From positions 1,426,001-1,490,000 of the forward strand of contig JBODTK010000015.1 of the NCBI GenBank assembly GCA_050613775.1: a DNA stretch of 64,000 bases. Direction: 5' to 3'. The DNA is from Neocallimastix sp. 'constans' (lineage: Eukaryota). The notes beneath the pieces are model-generated. The model did no database searches, had not been told where the DNA came from, and saw only the letters and a program-made list of their open reading frames with translations. A program made the position numbers and the translations under genes. Shown in pieces: positions 53,301 through 64,000 of this stretch (positions are counted from its first letter, which is position 1; the number at the start of each line of letters is the position of its first letter).

Positions 53301-53675
53301 ATAGATTAAATTTTAAAATTTATCGATATACCTCTTTTTCTAATTTTCTTTTTATGTTTAATTTGGTCATAACTGTTTTAAATAAATCGAATGTCATTAA
53401 AAACATACAATTAATTATTTAAACATAATCTATTTAAATTAAATTTTAAAATACCTATAAATTGATATATTATTTTCACGTTCTTCAACAATATTATCTA
53501 TTGATTTTTTTTGTGAATTATTTGTACTTGCATATTCAGAATCAATAATGTGAATTGCAGAAGCAGATACAGAGGCAGAGGCAGAGGCAGAGGCAGAAGA
53601 AAATTCATTTTCATTATGACTTAATGAGTAATTATTATCGTCATTATTAAATAAATTATTATTACGAGTATCCAT
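49291..53675 (-). CDS. CLC chloride/proton antiporter (ClC-3/4/5, Gef1-like) with C-terminal CBS domains; multi-exon
   Basis: GSGIPE (across a splice), [37 protein letters not shown], and CBS segment [21 protein letters not shown]. Confidence 0.93.
51209..51447. repeat. (AAATA)n microsatellite, intronic
   Basis: Perfect pentamer run of ~240 bp. Confidence 0.95.
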
Positions 53676-54428
53676 TTTTATATATTTAAATTTCTCTTAT
53701 GTGATAATTTGAAAAGAATTTAATAAATTAAATTTAAAAATTTATTTACATTTATGTTTTACTTTTTTAAATTTCAGTTTATTATCATTTGTATAATATA
53801 ATAATAAAATTTTTTACGAAATTTATTTTTGTAATAATTTAGCAAAAAAATTTTAACAATTTTATCAAGGATTTGAATAGTTCAAAAAACTGATAATAGA
53901 TATTTATCTCAATAAAATTTTAATATCAATAATTTTAAAACTTAAAACTTCGAGTATAATTATAAACAACTGTATATTAATAAAAAGTTTATCATCTATT
54001 ATTGAATTTCTATTTTAAATTTCCTAAACTATGTGAAATACATCAAAATTTTATTTTAATTATTGTTAATACGATGACTTTTTAAATTATTTTATATATA
54101 AAATTTATTTCAATTTTAAATTATTTCAATAATAAAAGAATTTTTTTTATTAAAATTTGTACATTATATATAAATTTTTTATTCTTATAAATTAACAATT
54201 TTGATAAAACATTTTCAAATATAATTTTAATTTTATAACTAACATATACAACTTTATATATATATATATATATAATATAAAATAATGTAAATAAATTAAA
54301 ATTATTTTAAAAATCTATTAAACTTCTTTACTTTAAAATTTATATTTATAAATTATTTTATTTTTTCTAAAAAATAGTTTAATTTTTTATTTTTTATTTT
54401 CTATAAAAACTACTTCTATTCTTTTCTG

Positions 54429-54461
<33 letters not shown>

Positions 54462-55091
54462 AAAAAAATCCGTTATTATATCATAATTAAAAAAATTATA
54501 TTATTATATATTAATTCTTAAAACTTATATATTTTAATAATAATAAACTTTATAATAAATTATTATATTTAATTTACTATTTATTCAATATATTTTTTGA
54601 TGGATTTAATTATTTTTATCATGGAATATATATATTAAATAGAATTTATAATAATAGTATTATTATTTCATATATTTTTTTCTTTTCTTTTCTTCAAATT
54701 ATTAACTATATAATTAATATATACATATGTATATATATTAATTAAAATATTTTTATAAAATTTTCTTTATATGAGTATTTAAAAATAATTTGTTTTTAAA
54801 TTATTTATTATTTATAAATATTATTATGTTATATGTAATTATCAATTAAAAAAAAATTGTATGAAAATTAATAAGATATTATGAAAATTTAAAAGATGAA
54901 AAATAAACTTAAGTATTAATTATTGAAACTTTAACAATAACAATTATTATATTATTATTAGAAAAATATTTATATAGTAATATATATTTTAATAAATTTC
55001 TAATTAAATCAATGAAATGATTTTACACTTTTTTTTTTATATCATATTTATTTTGATATTTATTTATATTAATTTTATTTAATTATTAACT

Positions 55092-57614
55092 TTAAACTTG
55101 ATAACGGACTTGTAAACGTTGTCTTATTATTTGCCTCATTTCTTCATCAGGATACTTTGCTAAACATTGTTCCCAATTTTCACCTATCTCTTGTTTAAAT
55201 GCATTTAATATCTTTTTATAATATTAAAAAATATACATTATTATTATAATTATTATCATTGTTATATATAATATTATTAATATCTATATTTATCGTACAT
55301 TAATAAAACAATTATTCAATTGTGGAGAAAGACGAGTCCAATGAACAATAGCATCACAGAAATATACAAAATCCTAAAATATTTAATTTAAATTATAAAT
55401 TAATTATATAATAATTTCATACATACATTATATTTTTATTATAATTTTATTAATTTTTTATTTTACTTCAACTACTAGATTTGGCTTTGTTTCTATCATT
55501 TTACACATACCAAAGAATGCTGATTCTTTTTCTTTATTATCAGCAATATTTCTTAATATACCACACCTATAATTTAAAAAAAAATTAAAATATATATATA
55601 TATTTTTAATATTATATAATTAATAAATATAATAAACTAAAATTTTATTTATTATAATATTGATATTTACCATTGTTTGAAAAACATTGGTAAATAGTTA
55701 GAAACAATTTCTGGACAAACAAAACCTATTCTACTTATAGTAATAGCTATATTTTCTAATAATGATAATGATTTAGATTCTTGATGTAATTTCATAATTA
55801 ATGGCTCTATGATACTTCCAACATATTGTTTCATATCATCATCTATTTTATTTTAAAATATGTATATATATTTTTATATTATAATGAATAAAAATCAATG
55901 TATAAATATATATATTATTATAAATATTATTATAATTATAAATATGAATAATTATAAATATGATTAAACTTACTAGCTTTGAGAGATATTTCACCAGTTG
56001 CCCAAATAGCATTATTACAAACAAGATCATGAAAACTTTCATTATAAGTAGTTATTACTTTAACTATATCAATCATAAATTCAGGTAATCTTGGTTTTAA
56101 GTAACCATAAGCGGAAATAGCTACATCACCTAATAAAGCATACGCACTCTGTTGAACATCGAGAGCGTCATCCTTTTAATTTTTCAATTTGTTTATATTA
56201 ATTCATTATTATTTAAAAAACATATTTATATATTATAATATATTTTTTATTTTGTTTTATTTTGTTTTGTTTAATTAACTCAATAAATTATACTTACTCT
56301 TACAGACTTTAAAATTATATCAAGAAGGGTTTGATAACTATTTGACATTAAAAATTCAATTTGATTTCCTAAACCTTGAAATATACCACTAAGTAAATCT
56401 AATGCAACAATAATAAAATCTTTATCAGGTTTTTCTTCGGTTTCTCCTCTCTTAAATGCCTAATATTTATAATATATAGATTATTAATATACTGTTTTAT
56501 TATAAATAATTACAAATTAGTACTATATTTTAATATTAATTACTTACATCATCTAACACAAATGTTCTTTCAATAATATTTAGGCAACGTTGCCAGATTG
56601 GTTGAGCATATGGTATAAATCCGGGACCTAAGGCTATTGCAACTGATGATAAACACTGAATAATATAATAATTTATTTATTATATATTAATATAAATAAA
56701 ATAATGATAAAATAAAATAATACTATAAAAACATTATTGGACAATAATTACTTCAAGTAATGGAAATATGCCATTATCATCATCTGATATTTGATTCCAA
56801 CGGTTCAAAAGAGGGGGCATTAAAATTTCAATTAATTCTGGCTGATTTAATGCTTCAGCTACTGAATCAGCAAGTGTTCCAACAGCATCATATAAAATTA
56901 ATAAATTCTTATTCTAAATTTAATGATATTTAAAATATATAATAAATTATTAAGTTTTTAATAAATTATTATTATGGTCATTAGTAAAAATCATTTATAA
57001 ATTAATATAAATATTAACATTATTATTATTATTCTAATTTCTTACTTGATATTTCGTAAATGCAATAGAAAAATTTTCTAATATAGGTTTAAGATATGGA
57101 ATTAACTCTCCTTGTGCTATTTCTTCTAATGTTGCAAATGCACTGCAACTAGCTTCTTGTACTCTTTTATTATTATCAAGAATTCTATTAAGAAGCTATT
57201 TAAAAAATATTACGATTATAATTATATAAGTCATTTAAAATTGAATATTATAATTATATTTCAATTAAATTATATTTTGCTTGTGGATACCTTTTCTAAC
57301 AAAGGATTAAAATATGTTTGACGATGAAGTTCAATATCAGTATTGAGCGGGGGTTCCAATGACCATTTGGCATATCGGCCTAATGTCCAACAAGTAATAG
57401 ATCTAACTAATGGCTATATTTTGACAATATAATTAATTAATGATTATATTTTCTTTTATAGTATATATATTATATTTAATAATCAATTAAAATTACTTTT
57501 GGATTTTCTAAATTTGATAATAAAAATTGCCATAATGTTGGTAAATGAACCTTCATACCTTCTTGACAACCTATAATTTATTTATTAAATAAAAATTAAT
57601 ATAATTGTTAAATC

Positions 57615-57645
<31 letters not shown>

Positions 57646-59606
57646 AATAATAATGAAATTTATAATTCTATATTGATTTTTTATATCTTATTAATATAAA
57701 AATAATATTTCATAAATTTAATATTTAATTTTACCTTCACCAACAGCACCTAAAGCCAAAATAGCTGATTCAACATGTTCCCATTCTGAACTTTGTAATT
57801 CAGTATTTAATAATGGAAGTAATACTTCTAATAATTTATCTCCAATTGTAGACGCCATAACATCTAAGGCAGCAGCGGAGCATTTTCTAAGATTCCATTC
57901 TGAATATTTTTCGTCATCATCATCGTCATAATCATCATCATCTTCTTCGTAATCTTCTATAAATTCATGAGGTTGATCAGGATGATAATGTTGTTTTGAT
58001 TTATGATGACGAGGTTTTATATCTTGTTCATTATCCGGAATATTTGTGTCATCTTCATCGAGACCTTTAATAATTGCAATATCATTTGGACTATATATCA
58101 TTCCCTTTAATAAAACGGGAACAATACTTTTTATTTATATGATTAAATATAATAAATATAAGGATATTAATAAACATTTAAATATAATGTTAAACATATT
58201 CTTGTAATTTATTATAATTTAAAAAATTATTATAAAATTTAATATTAAATTTTTTTAATTATAATTACTTACTCAGGTATGAATGATGATAGATTCATTA
58301 ACATCATTGGCTGTTCGGCAAAAGTCAACCAAAATTCACATGCTTCAAGTGCAACACTTTCATCTTCATCTTGAGTACAATAAAGCATATATTTAACAAC
58401 ATTTGATAATTCTTCCATTAATTCATTTGGATATACTTCCAAAATCATTACAAATGCTTGACATACTACTTTTTTAACTTCTGGAGAAGTATCCGATGTA
58501 CATTGGTATAAACCATTTAAAAAATTTTTCATATGGCAAGTAATAAAATCTGCTTTCATTAATATAAATTGATTTGTACAATCAATTGCATCTCTTCTTA
58601 CTTTAACACTTGGTGAATTAAATAATTCTATGAATTTGGGAATAATATAATATAAATCATTTTCATTTTTATATCTTAATTCACTTGCAGAATCTTCGCA
58701 AATTTTTTGAAGTGCACTAATACTACTCTATTTTTATTTAAATTTGTATTAATATTTATTAAAATTAGTTTATTTAAATATATATAGATATAAATTATTA
58801 TCTATTTAATTATTTAATTAGCTTAAATATTTAATTGTTTATTCATTATATATTATTTCTGGAATATAAATACAAGATAACAATAATATATAATTAATTA
58901 TAAATTAATTGGTTTATAATATTATACCTCAACAATTAAAATATTTTGATTATCTAATAAACTAACTAATTGCTTTAATAAATCTGGCCATGATTCAAAT
59001 CCATATGTTGTACATATTGTTGTAATGACAGTACCTGCTGTTGAACGAATGTTTACCACACTGTCATTTAATGCTTGAATAGCACATTGCTTAACATACT
59101 CTATAACTTCTAATGGAATATTTCCAACATTAATTTTAATATTATTTTTTAGAACGAGACCTGCAGCAACACGTGTTGATATATTTTCTTGTTGAAGATG
59201 TGTAAATATAAACGCAAGATACTTATTATAATCAGGTATATTATCGAAAGATCTTAATTGCTATATTTTTAAAAATGAAATTTTATTTATGTTTAGTAAT
59301 AAAAATATATATATATTTATTATAATTTATATATTTTTTATTAGAATTCTAGATCAAATTTTGTTATTCAAAATAAATAAAAACAATGAAAAATATAAAT
59401 TTATATTTCTAAAATAAAATTTATATTTCTATTTTAAAATATTTTTTCTTATTTAAAATTAATTATATATATAAGTAAATAAAACTTTTATATTATTATA
59501 TATATACTTGAGTAACTCTCATATGAATTTCTGTGTTAGGTGTTGTTGATTGTTGTAATAAATCAACTAATTGTTGTAAACTAACTGGTTCTGGTTGCCA
59601 ATCCAT
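55092..59606 (-). CDS. TNPO1: Transportin-1 / karyopherin beta-2 (Kap104); multi-exon
   Basis: Starts [24 protein letters not shown], acidic loop EQDIKPRHH...[57 protein letters not shown]; ends [12 protein letters not shown]. Confidence 0.92.
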
Positions 59607-60163
59607 TATGAAAATTTAATTTATATTATTTAAAAATTATAAGAAGTCTTTAACTATAAAAGAAATACGATAAACGAATTTATTAATACATAATTCTAGT
59701 TATTATATATTATTTATATTTAAATTATAATAAAAAATAATATATCTTTTATTATCTTATTACATATATACATATTATTACCTTATCAACTTTTATTCTT
59801 AAAAAAATAAAATAAAAAAAATATTGAATAATGTCTAATAGAATTTATTCATAATACTATTTTAATAAGATTTTCAATAAAATTTCATTCCAACTTTTAT
59901 TTAATCTAATAATTCAATTTTATATATATTAATATAATGTTTTATAGATAAAAAAAAAATAAAGTTTATTCAATGTTTATATATTTAAAATAATAAATAC
60001 AAAGAAATAATCAAAATATTAATACTATTTCAAAATATATATATATTAAATAAAAAATTATTTCTATTTACATATAATAATTTTTTTTCTAATTTATTTA
60101 TATTATAATATTATATTTTCTTTCGATAGCTGTGATTTTAAAATGAATTTCACTTTTTTTAAA

Positions 60164-60197
<34 letters not shown>

Positions 60198-60924
60198 CAA
60201 AAAAAAAAAAAATAAAAAATAAATAAAATAAAATAAAATAAAATAAGTAAAAGTTATTTAATAGAAAAGAATTATATATATATAATAAGATTTTTATTTA
60301 TAAAAACAATGTATATTGAATTTACATTAAGAAATCTACATTATTTGTATATTGTATTTATTGTTTATAAATAAACATATGTAAGATTTAATAATTTTTA
60401 TTTTTATATATAAAAACAATTTTATATGTATATATTATATTTAACATAATATATTCCATAATATAATAATTTTTAAATAATTATAATTATAAATATGCAT
60501 TAATAAAAAATTTTTTTATATATTATGATATGGTAGATACATTTTGAAAAATTAGAAAAAATGGTTCATTATACAAATTGTTCATGCTTTAATGAAATTT
60601 TTCCAGTAATCATATTATAAATAAGCAATATATGTGAATTTGTTAATTTCTTATTAAAAATTATTTTTTAATTTATATATAAACTATTATATAAAAGCAA
60701 TTAGAAAGTCTTTGTAAGAAAATATAATAATAATAACTATCATAAATATTATTTATTAATTTTTATTTATTTATAATTTATTATAAATTTCAAAACTTTA
60801 ATTATTCCTCAAAAAAAAAAAAATTAATATTTAGTTAATCAATGATCTTATATAGATTAAATTAAAATTTAATTAATCAAAAAATTATATTAATTTATAT
60901 GTAAATTTTTTAATTCTTTATAAG

Positions 60925-60969
<45 letters not shown>

Positions 60970-61475
60970 GTAATTTTGTAATATTACTATTAATTATTAG
61001 ATATAGAATAATAATTTTAAAACAGAATTAATGTAACCTTATTTTTTCTTTTTTCTTTTTCCTTTTTTTTATATGTATTGTTTTAGTTATAAAAATTTTA
61101 ATATTATATTTAAATCAATTATAATTATAATGTTCTATAATTTAGAATTTTTTTTTATATCACCATTAATAACTAAAATAAATTAATTAAAATAATAATT
61201 AAATATTAAATGTATAATTATATTAGTTATTTAGATATTCAAATAAATCATTGTGTTTATATTTTAGAATGTTTGCAAATTTTATTTATTATATATTAAA
61301 TTTATCTTATTTTGTTATAATAGTAATTTTTCAATCAAATAAAAAAAAAAAAACAAAAAAAAGTTAAAAATGTTTATCAACAATTATTAATTGTTACTAT
61401 TTAATAACTTTTAAATGGTTATATCTATATTTTTGATAATACTTCTATCATTTAGTATTATTATTATTATTATTG

Positions 61476-61513
<38 letters not shown>

Positions 61514-61652
61514 GTTAAGTTTTTTATTATAGTTATAATATACTATTAGTTTATTATATTTTTTAAAAAAAATAATTTATATAAAATTGTAAAAAAAAAA
61601 AAAATTTTTTTTGTATGTTATTTTTTTGGTTATTAATAGAGTTTTGAGTAAT

Positions 61653-63661
61653 TTAAATTTCAAAATCTTCCTTTGAATAAAATTCATTCAATAATCTATA
61701 CATATAAGTTGGTGGTTGTGGACCACTATAATTATTAATAAGTAATTACATTTAAAAGTATAAAAATTAATATGATGAAGTAAATATTATATATATTTTT
61801 TTGAATTAATAAATTTATTAAACTTAATATCAAATCAAATTAAATAATATATTAATAAAACACTTACACATTTGTAATGAATAAGCTAACTAATTCAGGT
61901 GGAACATATTCGTAGTATGGATTAATAATATCAACCTTTTCTAATATATCTCCTATATATATTATAAATTTAATAAAAAATGTTATTAAAAAAATAAAAT
62001 TTTTATGATAAATATTTAATTATACAAATTATAAAGAATATTTATTTGAGATTGAATTTACCTTCATCGTATGTATATACTTGATCAGGTGATACACAAA
62101 GATTATATTCTTCAACATCAAATGGATATTGAGGAGAAAGTTTATATAAACCAATGCATACTACTACAGGTGTGGAATGATATTTTGCTGCAGTGGCAAT
62201 AATACGACTACCAGTACAAGCAATAAGACCGCCATTTGCAGTAACAGTATGACTACCAAGAATAACTTTATTAACTCTTGACATAACAGCAAAAATAGCT
62301 GAATCTGGAATTAAAGTAGTTTCGATACCTGCAGATGCTAAAGCTTTAGCCATAACTTGACCTTCATGACTAATTAATTTATAAATTATAATTTAAAAAT
62401 TACTTATCCGTTATGTCAATCTTTAAACTTATAAAAATTTTCATCATTAATTTAATAAAGTAAATCTAATTGTATTATTTACGTTGGTGAAGTATCTGCA
62501 ACAATAACTTGGAATGTTCTAGTCTTTGCAGCTTGTTTTAAATAATTTTGTACTGTTTCAGAATTATTAAGAGTCATAATGATTTCACTAAATTTCAATT
62601 CAATTTTATATATATATATATATATTTTAAAAAAGTCCATGTTAAAAGGAAATATTGATATTTAATATATATGAATATATGCATTATTATTAATTTAAAT
62701 ATACTTCGAATGAATATGTTCTAAGGCTTGATTAGCAATATTTTGTTGTTGAGTTTCTAATTCATCAATTAAATCTTTAATACCATCAATAACTAATTGC
62801 TTGAAATGTATATATATGTTAAAGAAAATAATTATATAAAAAAAGTGTACACATATATTGAAATTATATGCTTTATAGATAAAAATCATTTAAATTTATA
62901 ATAAGGATATCATAAAAAGTATTTGAATAATCAATATCATCAGAGGTTTCGAGTAAATTAAACATTGTTGAAGATGAACTTGGAAATTGTGGAACTTTAT
63001 TTTGTTCTTGTCTCATTATTGTAGTATATTCTTCACGAATAATATGTAAAACTCTTCTAATAATATTACCTACAACTAATTCTGTTTTGAAGAAGTATTA
63101 TTCAAAATAAATAAAGAGAAATTAAAATTTAAAAAATTTATTTCTCCTTTCAATAATTTATAAGAAAACTTAAAATTTATTTACCCATTGGTTGGGCAGA
63201 AACTAATCTTTTTCCGATTTCCTTAACAGTGTCAATTAATTTATCAGCTTGATGACTTTTTGTTGATGCAATTACTTTTCTCATTAAATAAGCTGTTTGA
63301 ATTGCAGCTTGAGCTGAATTAACAATTTGTCTTTATTTATGTAATTATATAATAATAATAATAATAATAATATAATAATATAATATAATAATAATAATAT
63401 AATAATAAAATAAAAATAATAAAATAAAATAATCATTTAAATAATACAATAAAAAAATAATAAAATAAAATGATTATAATAAATTTAAAAATTATACATT
63501 AATATTATTTTTAAAAAAAGTTACAAATATAATATACCATAAATATTAGATATATATTTTATAAAAATTTAGATATATATATATATATATTAATGATTTT
63601 ATATTATTAACCTTCTCTTTAATTGTGAAACTAAAAGATCCACTTGTTTTTCAAGATACAT
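61653..63661 (-). CDS. GCD7: Translation initiation factor eIF2B beta subunit; multi-exon, one AT-AC intron
   Basis: MYLEKQVDLLVSQLKRR, AQPMELVVGNIIRRVLHIIREE, IANQALEHIHS, TTLIPDSAIFAVMSRVNKVILG, NPYYEYVPPELVSLFITN, PTYMYRLLNEFY. Confidence 0.93.
62808..62910 (-). other. U12-type (minor spliceosome) AT-AC intron, 103 nt
   Basis: Minus strand: 5' ATATCCTT, branch site TTCTTTAAC (62826-62818), 3' ...ATAC. Removal gives in-frame ...SNTFYDFKQLVIDG... Confidence 0.9.
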
Positions 63662-63725
63662 TTTGAAATTTTAAAGAAAAAAAATTTTTTATTTTTTATA
63701 AATTCAAATAATAAAGAATGAAGAA

Positions 63726-63774
<49 letters not shown>

Positions 63775-63791
63775 AAAAAAATATGAATATA

Positions 63792-63825
<34 letters not shown>

Positions 63826-64000
63826 TTGATTAAAGTAAAAAAAAAAAATATTAGAAAAAAATAATTTTAATTAGTAAATTATAAGTTTACTAAATAAATT
63901 TATTTATTAATAATAAAAATAATTTTTTTTTATTTTTATGGTTGAAATAAAAATAGACTTCGTTAATATTTTTTTTTAAGAAGAAAAAAAAAAATTTTTT

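Noticed and set aside
57196..57290. GTATCC donor in transportin as a second U12 intron
   Set aside because: It continues AC rather than TT, and there is no TCCTTAAC-like branch site near the acceptor.

Overview
Extremely AT-rich eukaryotic DNA, almost certainly from an anaerobic gut fungus (Neocallimastigomycota). This is inferred from fungal-type dockerin (CBM10-like) domains, expanded CBM18 proteins, short AT-rich introns and Asn-rich proteins. The left ~35 kb holds three intronless secreted-protein genes: two paralogous mucin-stalk/multi-CBM18 proteins and a double-dockerin GH97 glycosidase of probable bacterial origin. It also holds a nested stack of APE-type non-LTR retrotransposons and scattered 3' remnants, all on the + strand. 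The right ~29 kb holds four intron-rich housekeeping genes on the - strand: a CCP6/AGBL4-like carboxypeptidase with a ~2,150-aa Asn-rich tail, a CLC chloride transporter, transportin-1 and eIF2B-beta. Most notable signals: a textbook AT-AC U12-type minor intron in eIF2B-beta, a LINE inserted in a LINE with a 13-bp target-site duplication, an invariant CpG-rich palindromic motif near the 3' end of divergent LINEs, the cellulosomal GH97, and frequent A-tract/AAG 3' splice sites. Exon boundaries were deduced by hand and may be off by a few bases.
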